Source: an uncultured Microthrixaceae bacterium (GTDB taxonomy: Bacteria; Actinomycetota; Acidimicrobiia; Acidimicrobiales; VFJN01). From it: 64,000 nucleotides of DNA. The DNA lies in assembly GCA_963703565.1 (NCBI GenBank), contig CAVPEW010000018.1:610-64609 (forward strand). Direction: 5' to 3'. Positions 53,931 through 63,537 of the stretch are shown one piece after another. The translations under genes and the position numbers were made by a program. Under the pieces are notes generated by a model. The model searched no databases. It saw nothing but the letters and a program-made list of their open reading frames with translations, and had not been told where the DNA came from. How positions within the stretch are numbered: position 1 is the stretch's first letter; every line of letters starts with the position of its first letter.

Positions 53931-55169
53931 GTGGAGCTGGGGCTGTCCTCCCACCCGCGGCGGACCACCCGTCGGATCGACGTCGGCGGGGTACCTGTCG
54001 GCGGGGGAACGCCCATTCCGGTGCAGTCCATGACCGTGACCAAGACGGCGGACGTCGAGGCCACCCTGGCGCAGATCTACTCCTTGGCCGCTGCTGGAGC
54101 CGACATCGTTCGCTGCACCTGCAACGAGAGCGAGGCGGCCGAGGGCCTGGCCCGCATCGTGCCCCGGTCGCCGGTGCCGATCGTGGCCGACATCCACCAC
54201 CAGTACCGCATGGCGCTCGCCGCCCTGGAGGCCGGCGTGGCCTGCCTGCGCCTGAACCCGGGCAACATCCGCAAGCCCGACCAGATCAAGCTCGTGGCCC
54301 GCGAGGCGAAGGACCGGGGGGTACCCATCCGGATCGGGGTCAACGGCGGGAGCCTGGACCCCGACCTCTACGAGCGCCACGGCGGCCGGGTCACTCCCGA
54401 GGCCATGGTGGAGTCCGCCCAGCGCGAGCTGGCCTATTTCGAGGAGGTGGGCTTCGACCTGATCAAGATCTCGGTCAAGGCGTCGTCGGTGCCGCTGATG
54501 ATCGAGGCGTACCGCCAGCTGGCCGAGGTGACCGACCATCCCCTGCACCTGGGTGTGACCGAGGCGGGCCCACCGCCGGCTGGGCTGATCAAGGCGACGG
54601 CGGGGATCGCCACCCTGCTGGCGGAGGGGATCGGCGACACCATCCGCTACAGCCTGACGGCGGACCCCGTCTCCGAGGCCCGAGCCGGGCGCCAGCTGCT
54701 CGAGGCGCTCGGGTTGCGCCAGCGCACGAACGTCGACCTGATCGCCTGTCCGAGCTGCGGGCGGGCCGAGATCGACGTGATCGCCGTGGCCGAGCAGGCC
54801 ATGGCGGCGTTCGCCGACCGGGAGATCCCACTGCAGGTGGCGGTCATGGGTTGCGTCGTGAACGGGCCAGGCGAGGCTCGCGGCGCCGACCTGGGCATCG
54901 CCGCGGGCAACAAGCGTGGCCACCTGTTCGTCCGTGGGGCCAACGTGGCCGTAGTGCCCGAGGACGAGATGGTGGCGGCCCTGGTCGAGTGGGCCACCTT
55001 CATCGACGAGCACGGCGTCGACGCCGCTCTCGAGAGGGCCGGCAGCACACGGGCCGAGGCGCGCCGTGAGGCGGAGCGCGACCGGCAGGTGCTTCTCGCG
55101 ACCCAGGGTCCGGACGCCAACTCCAGCGAGGCTCGGGTGGAGCTGGTGCAGCGGCGCATCCAGGCCTGA
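53931..55169 (+). CDS. ispG: 4-hydroxy-3-methylbut-2-en-1-yl diphosphate synthase (flavodoxin)
   Basis: 412 aa: VQSMT..., RINPGN, ACPSCGR, GCVVNGPGE. Confidence 0.92.
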   Translation: MELGLSSHPRRTTRRIDVGGVPVGGGTPIPVQSMTVTKTADVEATLAQIYSLAAAGADIVRCTCNESEAAEGLARIVPRSPVPIVADIHHQYRMALAALEAGVACLRLNPGNIRKPDQIKLVAREAKDRGVPIRIGVNGGSLDPDLYERHGGRVTPEAMVESAQRELAYFEEVGFDLIKISVKASSVPLMIEAYRQLAEVTDHPLHLGVTEAGPPPAGLIKATAGIATLLAEGIGDTIRYSLTADPVSEARAGRQLLEALGLRQRTNVDLIACPSCGRAEIDVIAVAEQAMAAFADREIPLQVAVMGCVVNGPGEARGADLGIAAGNKRGHLFVRGANVAVVPEDEMVAALVEWATFIDEHGVDAALERAGSTRAEARREAERDRQVLLATQGPDANSSEARVELVQRRIQA

Positions 55170-55206
55170 GCCGAAGCGCCGGCGGGGGCCGCCCGCGGCG
55201 GCGCCC

Positions 55207-55212
55207 TACCAT
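55207..55212 (+). promoter_or_regulatory. -10-like box TACCAT, 8 nt upstream of the proS ATG (candidate leaderless start)
   Basis: cTACCAT-cgccgccc-ATG(55221). No SD is present. Confidence 0.45.
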
Positions 55213-55220
55213 CGCCGCCC

Positions 55221-56633
55221 ATGGCCAAGCCCCCTGTGCTGACCCCCCGGGGCCAGGATTTCCCGCGCTGGTACCAGGACGTGGTGGCCAAGGCGGAGCT
55301 CGCCGAGAACGGCCCGGTGCGGGGCACGATGGTGATCCGTCCCTACGGGTACGCCATCTGGGAGCGCATGCAGGCGGAGGTGGACCGACGCATCAAGGCT
55401 GCGGGCGCTCAGAACGCCTACTTCCCCCTGTTCATCCCCGAGAGCTACCTGCGCCGGGAGGCCGAGCACGTCGAGGGTTTCAGCCCGGAGCTGGCGGTGG
55501 TCGGCCACGCCGGCGGCAAGGACCTCGAGGAGCCACTGGTCGTGCGCCCGACCAGCGAGACGGTCATCGGCGAGTACATGGCCAAGTGGGTGCAGAGCTA
55601 CCGCGACCTGCCCCTGCTGCTCAACCAGTGGGCGAACGTGGTGCGCTGGGAGCTGCGCCCCCGGCTCTTCCTGCGAACCACCGAGTTCCTCTGGCAGGAG
55701 GGTCACACCGCCCATGCAACAGCACGCGACGCCGCCGACTACGCGGCGGGCATCCTGCGCGACGTCTACTGCGATTTCATGGTCGACGTGCTCGCCTTGC
55801 CGGTGCTGCCCGGTCGCAAGACCGCCCGCGAGAGGTTCCCCGGAGCGGTCAACACGTTGACCGTGGAGGCCATGATGGGCGATGGCAAGGCCCTGCAGAT
55901 GGGCACCAGCCACGACCTCGGTCAGAACTTCTCCAAGGCGTTCGGCATCACCTACCTCGACGCCCACGGCGAGACCGAGCTGTGCTGGACCACCTCGTGG
56001 GGAGTGTCGACCCGGATGGTGGGAGGGTTGATCATGGGCCACGGCGACGATCGGGGCCTGGTCGTGCCCCCCGTGCTCGCGCCGATCCAGGCGGTGGTGC
56101 TGCTCGTGCGTGACGAGGACGGTGCCGGTGACTCGGCAGCATCCCTGGTGAGCGCTCTGGTCGCCGACGGCGTGCGGGCGAGGCTCGACGCCCAGGTGGC
56201 CACGAGCTTCGGGCGCCGGGCCACCGACTGGGAGCTCAAGGGCGTCCCGGTGCGCATCGAGGTCGGCCCCCGTGACCTGGCCGAGGGCATCGTCACGCTC
56301 GTGCGACGTGACACAGGCGAGAAGCGGGAGGTGCCACTGGGCGAGGTCGGTCACATGGTCACGAACCTGTTGACCGTCATCCAGGCCGATCTCCTGGCCG
56401 CGGCCACGGCCCGCCGCGACGAGCGCACCGTCGAGGCAGCGACCGTCGAGGATGCCCTGGAGGCCGGCAAGGAAGGCTTCGCACGGCTTCGGTGGGATCT
56501 TCTCGCCCACGGCGGCGAGGCGCGGCTCGCGCAGGAGGCCCTCTCGGTGCGCTGCCTGCAGAGCGCCGACGGTGGTCTGCCCGACAGCGAGGATGTCCCC
56601 GGCGTCGTCGCCTACGTGGCCCGGTCCTATTGA
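55221..56633 (+). CDS. proS: Proline--tRNA ligase, short archaeal/eukaryote-like architecture (no INS editing domain)
   Basis: 470 aa. FPRWYQDVV...GTMVIRPYGYAIWE..., class II motifs, and an anticodon-binding plus C-terminal domain ending in ...ARSY (terminal Tyr). Confidence 0.9.
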   Translation: MAKPPVLTPRGQDFPRWYQDVVAKAELAENGPVRGTMVIRPYGYAIWERMQAEVDRRIKAAGAQNAYFPLFIPESYLRREAEHVEGFSPELAVVGHAGGKDLEEPLVVRPTSETVIGEYMAKWVQSYRDLPLLLNQWANVVRWELRPRLFLRTTEFLWQEGHTAHATARDAADYAAGILRDVYCDFMVDVLALPVLPGRKTARERFPGAVNTLTVEAMMGDGKALQMGTSHDLGQNFSKAFGITYLDAHGETELCWTTSWGVSTRMVGGLIMGHGDDRGLVVPPVLAPIQAVVLLVRDEDGAGDSAASLVSALVADGVRARLDAQVATSFGRRATDWELKGVPVRIEVGPRDLAEGIVTLVRRDTGEKREVPLGEVGHMVTNLLTVIQADLLAAATARRDERTVEAATVEDALEAGKEGFARLRWDLLAHGGEARLAQEALSVRCLQSADGGLPDSEDVPGVVAYVARSY

Positions 56634-56768
56634 CCCGGCCCCGGCGGGCCCACCGACCGGATGACCGCACCAGCCTGGTAGCATTGTCGGCTTACTCGAT
56701 CGTTCTGTGTTTCGTGAACGGCGTGGGCTCGGGCCCGCGCCGTTGCCATGTCAGCAGGAGGTGAGCCC

Positions 56769-57242
56769 ATGTCCACGATCGACCGCGTCCGCGCCCTGGT
56801 GGCGCCCATCGTCGTGGACGCCGGGCTCGACCTGTACGACCTCGAGCTCGAGGGGGGTGTGCTGCGCGTGGCGGTGGACCGCCCGGGGGGAGTGGCGCTC
56901 GACGAGGTCGCGGCCGCCACGCGAGCCATCTCGCGTGCGCTCGACGAGGTCGACCCGATCGCAGGCGCCTACACCCTCGAGGTCACGACACCAGGGCTCG
57001 AGCGGCCCCTCCGCACCGCCGAGCACTTCGCCGCCGCCGTGGGGGAGCGGGTGAAGGTCAAGCTGCGTCCCGGTGTGGAAGGAGACCGCCGGGTGGCGGG
57101 AACGCTGGGCGCAGTCCATGACGGGGGGATCCGGATCGACCTCGACGGCGGTGGAGACCGTCGCGTCGAGCTCGAAGAGATCGATCGGGCCCGGACCGTG
57201 TTCGTCTGGGGTCCCGCCGCCAAGGAGGAACGAGCGCGATGA
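56769..57242 (+). CDS. rimP: Ribosome maturation factor RimP
   Basis: ATG at 56769 with AGGAGG 7 nt upstream. MSTIDRVRALVAPIVVDAGLDLYDLEL...YTLEVTTPGLERPL. The ORF-track start at 56748 is possible but lacks an SD. Confidence 0.88.
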   Translation: MSTIDRVRALVAPIVVDAGLDLYDLELEGGVLRVAVDRPGGVALDEVAAATRAISRALDEVDPIAGAYTLEVTTPGLERPLRTAEHFAAAVGERVKVKLRPGVEGDRRVAGTLGAVHDGGIRIDLDGGGDRRVELEEIDRARTVFVWGPAAKEERAR

Positions 57243-58505
57243 GCAGCAACCTGGACATGGGTGAGGCGCTGGCCGCACTGGCCCAGGACCGGGGGATCTC
57301 GGTCGACACGCTGCTGGGCGCGTTGGCCGACGCTCTCGAGTCTGCCTACAAGCGCATGCCCGACGCCTACGAGTACGCATGGGTGACGATCGACCCGACC
57401 ACCTTCGACATCCGGGTGTTCGCCCAGGACATGGACGAGGAGGGCGAGCCGTACGGGCCCGAGCTGGACGTGACCCCGTCGGACTTCGGCCGCATCGCCG
57501 CCATGACCGCTCGCCAGGTCATGACCCAGCGCATACGCGAGGCGGAGCGGGAGCTGAAGTACGAGGAGTACGCGGGGCGCGAGGGTGACATCGTCACCGG
57601 GATCATCCAGCAGACCGACAGCCGCTACACCCTGCTCGACCTGGGTCGGGTCGAGGCCCTGCTGCCCCAGGCCGAGCAGGTCCCCTACGAGCGCCCGGCG
57701 CCCAACACTCGCCTCAAGGCCTACATCGTCGAGGTACGCCGCACCGCCAAGGGACCCCAGATCGTGGTGTCCCGCACTCATCCCGGGCTCATCCTCGAGC
57801 TGTTCAAGCTCGAGGTGCCCGAGATCGCCGACGGGGTGGTCGAGCTGCGGGCCTGTGCTCGGGAGCCCGGTCATCGCACGAAGATGGCCGTGTGGTCCAA
57901 CGACCCGAACGTCGACCCGGTCGGTGCTTGCGTCGGTGCCCGTGGCGCCCGGGTTCGCCAGGTGGTCAACGAGCTGCAACGGCGAGAAGATCGACATCGT
58001 GCCGTTCTCCGAGGACCCCTACGAGTTCGTGATGCGGGCGCTGTCACCGGCCAAGGTGAAGGAAGTGCGCATCGACGAGGTATCGGGCACCGCGACGGTC
58101 ATCGTGCCGGACTACCAGCTCAGCCTCGCGATCGGCAAGGAGGGCCAGAACGCGCGCCTGGCAGCCCGCCTCACGGGCTGGCGGGTCGACATCAAGAGCG
58201 AGACCCAGATCGCGGAGGAGGAGGCCTACGCGGCACAGGACTGGGCGGAGGGCGAGTGGGTCCTCGACGAGGCCAGCGGCGAGCAGGTCTGGAAGCCCGC
58301 CGAGGGCGGCGAGGCCATCTCCGCCGAGCAGTGGGCGGCCGCTGACCCCGATGTGGCGGAACCCTCCCCGGCGGGGGAGCAGGCCGACGCCAGCGAGGCG
58401 GCCACGGACACGACGGCCGACGCGGTCGCGTCCCACGCGGTCGTGCCCGACGCGGAACCGACTGGCGCGGAGGCGGTGCCCGCCGAGGGGGGCGAGGCTC
58501 CGTAG
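57239..58505 (+). pseudogene. nusA: Transcription termination/antitermination factor NusA; frame interrupted by one extra base near 57977-57979 (probably an assembly indel)
   Basis: ORF 57239..: N-terminal domain, S1 and KH1 up to [18 protein letters not shown]. It continues in ORF ..58505: (N/H)[26 protein letters not shown]...[23 protein letters not shown]. Confidence 0.88.
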
Positions 58506-58510
58506 CTCCT

Positions 58511-58771
58511 CTGCGCAGCTGCATCGGGTGCCGTCGCCGGGCCGAACCCGGCGAGCTGGTTCGCCTGGGGCTCGACGATCACGGTCGCCTTGCTGTCGGC
58601 CGGCAGCTGCCGGGCCGCGGCGCCTGGGTGTGCGCGGCGTCGGTGGACTGCGTGGAACGAGCTGAGCGGCGCCACGCGGTGGGCCGGGCGTTGCGGGCCT
58701 CGGTGCCCGAAGGCGCGCTGCGAGCCCTCCTCGGCGACCAGGCCGGTGGGCCGGCCGGGCACCCTCGCTAG
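58511..58771 (+). CDS. YlxR/DUF448 family protein (RNA-binding, nusA-infB operon); start codon unresolved
   Basis: My own translation of frame 2: (L)RSCIGCRRRAEPGELVRLGLDDHGRLAVGRQLPGRGAWVCAASVDCVERAERRHAVGRAL... It is not in the ORF track, because no ATG/GTG/TTG precedes the CxxC motif. The only candidate start is the CTG at 58511. Confidence 0.6.
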   Translation: MRSCIGCRRRAEPGELVRLGLDDHGRLAVGRQLPGRGAWVCAASVDCVERAERRHAVGRALRASVPEGALRALLGDQAGGPAGHPR

Positions 58772-58874
58772 CCTGGCCTTTCGCCCGGGTCCCTGGCCTG
58801 CGCGAGCATGGCAGGTCGCGAACGACGCGCGGTCTGCGACGAGACCGCGATACACGAGAGGCTGGAACACCGAC

Positions 58875-61808
58875 TTGGCAGCCAAGATCCGGGTGCACGA
58901 GCTCGCCAAGGAGCTCGGGTTGAGCAACAAGGAGACGCTGGATCTCAGCATCGCGCTGGGCATCGGCGTCAAGACCCATTCCTCCAGCATCGAGGATGCC
59001 CAGGCCGACCGCGTCCGGCGCAAGGCCGAGCGCGAGGGCCTGGTACGTGAGAGCCAGCCGGAAGAGCCCCCGTCCGGCGAGGACCGGCCCGGTGCCGGTC
59101 GCTCCGACACCTCGGCAGGCGCCTCCGGGCCCGTCGTCGTGCCCACCTCGGCGCCGCCCGCCCCGCCCCGTCCCGCAGTGCAGGCGCCGCCGCGCGCGGC
59201 TCCGACCGCCCCGCCGCAGGCTCCGTCCCACGAGGTGCCCGCTCCAGCGAGCTCGACTCCCGGCGAGTCGCCGGCCCAGCGCCCGGCGGCAGCGGCACCG
59301 CAGGCCCCGGCCGCGGCGCGTCCGGCTGCCCCGGCAGCGTCGGGTCGCCTGGTGACCTCGAGTGGGACGCAGCGCCCCCTCGCTCCGCGGCGCGACGACG
59401 TTCCGCTGCGCCCCGGCGCAGGGGTGCCGCCACCCCCGCCGGGTCCGCGCCCGTCCCTGCCGCCCGTCTCCGCTCGCCAGGCAGCTGGCCACCCGACGCC
59501 CCCGACCGGAGCGGCTGGTGACGTTGCTCCTCCGGCTCCGGCTCCGGCCCGACCCACGCCCACGGGCGCGACCGGAGCGGCTGGTGACGCGGCTCCGGCT
59601 CCGGCCCGACCGACGCCCCCTGCTCCGCCGTCGGGCGGAGCTCGGCCCACTTCGCCGTCGGGCAAGCCGATCCCGCCGCCGCCCGGCATGGGCGGCCGGG
59701 GAGTTCCACCCCGCAGCTCGTCGGGCAGGCCCATCCCGCCCCCACCCGGCCTGGGCGGGCGGCGCAGCTCTCCGCCCTCTCCCGGCGGAGGTCGACCCAG
59801 CGGGGGAGGTGGGTTCCGCGGAGGTCCCGGCGGCGGTGGTCCCGGCGGCGGTGGTCCCGGCGGCGGTGGTCCCGGCGGCGGCCCGGGCGGTCGTCCCGGT
59901 GGTCGCGGCGGCCCCCAGCAGCGCCCACCCCGCCGCAAGGGTGGTCGTCGTCGTCGCTCCCGCGAGGAGCTGCAACCGATGGACCTGCCGACCTACACGC
60001 CCAAGGAGGCGCCGGTCCCCGAGGGAACCGTCGTGGTCGAGCGGGCGTCGACGCCCCAGGACCTCGGGTCCAAGGTCAACCGCACCGCCGCCGACGTCGT
60101 GCGGTTCCTGATGCAGATGGGCGAGATGGTCACGGCTACGCAGTCGCTCGCCGACGACCAGATCGAGCTGTTCGCCGCAGAGATCGGTGCCACCGTGCAC
60201 CTCGTGGATCCCGGCGAGGAGCAGGAGGTCGAGCTGCAGCGTCAGCTCGGGGTCGAGGACCTCTTCGACGAGGGCGACTCCGATGCCGTCGAGCGGCCGC
60301 CGGTGATCACGATCATGGGCCACGTCGACCATGGCAAGACCAAGCTGCTCGACCACATCCGCTCGGCCAACGTCGTCGCCGGCGAAGCCGGTGGGATCAC
60401 GCAGCACATCGGCGCCTACCAGGTCGACAAGAACGGCCGGAAGATCACCTTCATCGATACGCCCGGTCACGAGGCCTTCACCGCCATGCGGGCAAGAGGT
60501 GCCCAGTCGACCGACATCGTCGTGCTGGTCGTGGCCGCCGACGACGGCGTGATGCCACAGACGGTCGAGGCTCTCGACCACGCTCGGGCCGCCGAGGTCC
60601 CCATCGTCGTGGCCATCAACAAGATCGACCGGGAGAACGCGAACCCCGACCGCGTCCGCCAGCAGCTCTCCGAGCGGGGGCTGATCCCCCAGGACTGGGG
60701 TGGCGACACCGAGATGGCCCAGGTTTCGGCTCTCACCGGTGAGGGCGTCGACGACCTGCTCGAGACGATCCTGCTGGTCGCGGACCTCGAGGAGCTTCGG
60801 GCAAACCCGGACGGGCGTGCCGCTGGCGTGGTGCTCGAGGCTCACCTCGATGTGGGACGCGGGCCGGTGGCGACCGTGCTGGTCCAACGGGGAACCCTTT
60901 CGGTGGGTGACCCGCTGGTCGCCGGCGCGGCCTGGGGCCGGGTGCGGGCTCTGGTCGACCACACGGGCGAGACGCTGTCCGAAGCCACTCCGTCCACCCC
61001 CGTGCTGGTGCTGGGCCTGTCCGACGTCCCCGACGCGGGCGACCAGTTCGTAGTCGCCCAGGACGACCGGACGGCTCGCACGATCGCCGACAAGCGGGAG
61101 CACTTCCACCGTTTGGCCCATTTGGGCCGTGAGGCCTCGGTGACCAGCGGGGGGGCCAAGCTCGAGGACATCTTCGAGCAGATCCAGCGCGGCGAGACCG
61201 CCACGTTGAACCTGGTGGTCAAGGCGGATGTGACCGGTTCGCTCGAAGCGGTGACCGAGAGCCTGCGCAAGCTCGAGCGCGACGAGGTCAAGCTCGGCTT
61301 CGTGAGCCGGGGCGTTGGCGCGATCACCGAGGGCGACATCAACCTTGCGGCGACCTCCAACGCCACCATCATCGGCTTCAACGTCCGGCCGGACCGCAAG
61401 GCTCGCGACCTGGCCGTCGAGTCCGGCGTGGAGATCCGTACCTACGAGATCATCTACAAGCTCCTCGAGGACATCGAGGCGGCGATGGTCGGCATGTTGG
61501 CCCCCGAGTTCGAGGAGGTGGTGACCGGCGAGGCCGAGGTCCGGGAGATCTTCTCGGTTCCCCGGGTGGGCAAGATCGCCGGTTGCTACGTCCGCGAGGG
61601 TGTGATCGCCCGGGGCTCGAAGGTCCGGTTCCTGCGCGAGGGGACCGTCATCTGGAAGGGCTCCGTCTCGTCTCTGCGGCGCTTCCGCGAGGATGCCACC
61701 GAGGTGCGGGCAGGATTCGAGTGCGGCATCGGCCTGTCCGACTTTCAGGACCTCAAGCAGGGTGACGTGATCGAGACCTTCGACGAGCGCGAGATACCGC
61801 GCACCTGA
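58875..61808 (+). CDS. infB: Translation initiation factor IF-2
   Basis: The TTG at 58875 gives [20 protein letters not shown] (IF2_N), followed by a long Pro/Ala/Gly-rich linker and the GTPase motifs [16 protein letters not shown] and NKID. The upstream part of ORF 58590 overlaps ylxR and is rejected. Confidence 0.9.
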   Translation: MAAKIRVHELAKELGLSNKETLDLSIALGIGVKTHSSSIEDAQADRVRRKAEREGLVRESQPEEPPSGEDRPGAGRSDTSAGASGPVVVPTSAPPAPPRPAVQAPPRAAPTAPPQAPSHEVPAPASSTPGESPAQRPAAAAPQAPAAARPAAPAASGRLVTSSGTQRPLAPRRDDVPLRPGAGVPPPPPGPRPSLPPVSARQAAGHPTPPTGAAGDVAPPAPAPARPTPTGATGAAGDAAPAPARPTPPAPPSGGARPTSPSGKPIPPPPGMGGRGVPPRSSSGRPIPPPPGLGGRRSSPPSPGGGRPSGGGGFRGGPGGGGPGGGGPGGGGPGGGPGGRPGGRGGPQQRPPRRKGGRRRRSREELQPMDLPTYTPKEAPVPEGTVVVERASTPQDLGSKVNRTAADVVRFLMQMGEMVTATQSLADDQIELFAAEIGATVHLVDPGEEQEVELQRQLGVEDLFDEGDSDAVERPPVITIMGHVDHGKTKLLDHIRSANVVAGEAGGITQHIGAYQVDKNGRKITFIDTPGHEAFTAMRARGAQSTDIVVLVVAADDGVMPQTVEALDHARAAEVPIVVAINKIDRENANPDRVRQQLSERGLIPQDWGGDTEMAQVSALTGEGVDDLLETILLVADLEELRANPDGRAAGVVLEAHLDVGRGPVATVLVQRGTLSVGDPLVAGAAWGRVRALVDHTGETLSEATPSTPVLVLGLSDVPDAGDQFVVAQDDRTARTIADKREHFHRLAHLGREASVTSGGAKLEDIFEQIQRGETATLNLVVKADVTGSLEAVTESLRKLERDEVKLGFVSRGVGAITEGDINLAATSNATIIGFNVRPDRKARDLAVESGVEIRTYEIIYKLLEDIEAAMVGMLAPEFEEVVTGEAEVREIFSVPRVGKIAGCYVREGVIARGSKVRFLREGTVIWKGSVSSLRRFREDATEVRAGFECGIGLSDFQDLKQGDVIETFDEREIPRT
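59823..59882 (+). repeat. 15-bp tandem repeat ggtcccggcggcggt x3 plus one near-copy (GGPGG repeats in the IF-2 linker)
   Basis: Read directly. An imperfect ~60-nt duplication (cgaccggagcggctggtgacg...ggctccggcccgacc) also lies at ~59506-59620. Confidence 0.85.
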
Positions 61809-61915
61809 GCGCTTCGCAGGCGGGCGCTTCGCCGTCGGCGGACCAGGAGGTCACTCCATGAGCGAGGCCGCCCGATGAGCTCCGCCCCGGGCCGCGGCGC
61901 AGGGGCTTCTCCCGC

Positions 61916-62269
61916 ATGGCGCGGGTCAACCAGTTGATGCACGAGATCGTCGCCGACGAGCTCGAGCGAATCGACGACGAGCGGCTGGAGCTGGTGACCG
62001 TCATGGCCGTGGAGACCGAGCCCGACCTGCGCCGCGCCGTGGTCTACGTCGAGGGCGGCACCGCTGGAACGGAGGGAACCGCCGGTACGGCCGCCACCGA
62101 CGCGGCCGTGCTCGCTGCGCTGGGCGAGGTCAGGGTCCGCCTCCAACGGGCGATCGCGAGCCAGGCCCGCACCAAGCGCACGCCCGAGCTGCGGTTCACC
62201 TTCGACCCGGTGGTCCGCGGTGCCGGGCGGGTGGAGGACATCCTGCGGACCCTGCGGCGAGAGGGGTGA
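61916..62269 (+). CDS. rbfA: Ribosome-binding factor A
   Basis: MARVNQLMHEIVADELERI...TPELRFTFD. Confidence 0.88.
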   Translation: MARVNQLMHEIVADELERIDDERLELVTVMAVETEPDLRRAVVYVEGGTAGTEGTAGTAATDAAVLAALGEVRVRLQRAIASQARTKRTPELRFTFDPVVRGAGRVEDILRTLRREG

Positions 62270-63168
62270 GTCGGGCCCGGGCGCCCGGGCCCGACGGTGT
62301 GGCCGTGGTCGACAAGCCGGCGGGACCGACCAGCCACGACGTGGTGGCCCAGGCTCGACGGGTCCTGGGCACCCGCAAGGTGGGTCACGCCGGCACGCTG
62401 GATCCCGATGCCAGCGGCGTGCTGGTGCTGGGCGTGGGGCGGGCCACCCGACTGGTGCGCTTCTTGGTCGGCCTGCCCAAGCGGTACCGGGCGACGGTGG
62501 TGCTGGGCACGGCCACGTCCACCCTCGACGCATCCGGCGAGGTGACCGGAAGCTGGGACATGGCCGGGATCGGTCTCGACGACATCCGTCGAGCGACCCG
62601 GGCGCTGACCGGCCCCATCGAGCAGATACCGCCGATGGTGTCCGCGATCCGGGTCGGGGGGCGCCGACTCCACGAGCTCGCTCGTGAAGGCGTCGAGGTG
62701 GAGCGCCCCCCCCGCAGCGTGGAGGTCTACAGCTTCGAGGTCGGCCCGGCCGTGGGGCCCGGCCGGTTCCCGATCGAGGTGGCGTGCTCGTCCGGCACCT
62801 ACGTCCGCTCGCTGGCTGCCGACCTGGGTCGGGCGTTGGGCGGCGGTGCCCACCTCGACGAGCTGCGCCGCCTCGAGGTAGGACCGTTCGGGCTCGAAGG
62901 GGCCGTTTCGCTCGACGAGCTGGCACCCGGTGCGCTTCTACCTCTGGCCGCCGCGGTCGGCCACCTGGCCGCGGTGGTCGTCGAGGGCGAACTGGCCACC
63001 GACGTCTCCCACGGCAAGGTGCTGCCGCTCGAGCGGCTGGGCGTGGCCGCACCTGGGCCCTGGGCCGTCCTGGGTGGTGACGGCGAGCTGCTGGCGGTCT
63101 ACGACGGGTACGCAGGGGGCACCGTCAAGCCGACCATGGTGGTCGCGAAGGCCGACGACGGGTCATGA
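62266..63168 (+). CDS. truB: tRNA pseudouridine(55) synthase TruB
   Basis: VDKPAGPTSHDVV, GHAGTLDPDASGVLVLGVG, YRA. The GTG overlaps the rbfA stop. Confidence 0.9.
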   Translation: MSRARAPGPDGVAVVDKPAGPTSHDVVAQARRVLGTRKVGHAGTLDPDASGVLVLGVGRATRLVRFLVGLPKRYRATVVLGTATSTLDASGEVTGSWDMAGIGLDDIRRATRALTGPIEQIPPMVSAIRVGGRRLHELAREGVEVERPPRSVEVYSFEVGPAVGPGRFPIEVACSSGTYVRSLAADLGRALGGGAHLDELRRLEVGPFGLEGAVSLDELAPGALLPLAAAVGHLAAVVVEGELATDVSHGKVLPLERLGVAAPGPWAVLGGDGELLAVYDGYAGGTVKPTMVVAKADDGS

Positions 63169-63235
63169 TCGCGTCCACGATCGCTCGCTCCGGGGTCTCC
63201 CGGCGGGCCCTGACGACGCCGCGGAGGCCACCACG

Positions 63236-63478
63236 ATGACCGAGGACCAAGGGCCGCGGGTGCCGGTGGGAGAGGCTCTGGCCGGCCTGTCCCTCGAACC
63301 CTTGCCGGAAGGGTGGACTCCGCTCGGGGTGTTCGCTCTGGTGGCGTGCACCGACGAGGAGGGGGAGCGGAGCTGGTCGGTTCGTGTCGAGGGCCTCGAC
63401 AACGACGAGGAGCTGCTGGGCGCGCTGAACGTGCAGGCCGAGCTGCTGCGCCGCCGCCTCGTAGCTGACTGGGAGTAG
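63236..63478 (+). CDS. Hypothetical small acidic protein (80 aa)
   Basis: ATG at 63236 with GGAGG 8 nt upstream and high GC3. I recognise no family. The upstream part of ORF 62930 overlaps truB. Confidence 0.45.
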   Translation: MTEDQGPRVPVGEALAGLSLEPLPEGWTPLGVFALVACTDEEGERSWSVRVEGLDNDEELLGALNVQAELLRRRLVADWE

Positions 63479-63523
63479 CCCCGCGACACCGGAGGGGCGG
63501 ACGGGTCGAGCGGGGCGGCCGGT

Positions 63524-63529
63524 TAGCCT
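63524..63529 (+). promoter_or_regulatory. -10-like box TAGCCT, 8 nt upstream of the ribF ATG (candidate leaderless start)
   Basis: gtTAGCCT-cgccgtcg-ATG(63538). Confidence 0.4.
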
Positions 63530-63537
63530 CGCCGTCG

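Noticed and set aside
56679-56712. Promoter assignment for the rimP-nusA-infB operon in the AT-richer patch (gGTAGCATTGTCGgcttactcgatcgttctgtgttt)
   Set aside because: A TAGCAT box and a TTGTCG box are both present. However, no partner hexamer lies at acceptable spacing for either, so I could not support a specific -35/-10 pair.
58590-58874. Upstream extension of the infB ORF (track start at TTG 58590)
   Set aside because: The extension is Arg/Cys/Trp-rich nonsense and overlaps the well-conserved YlxR frame. The IF2_N motif begins at TTG 58875.
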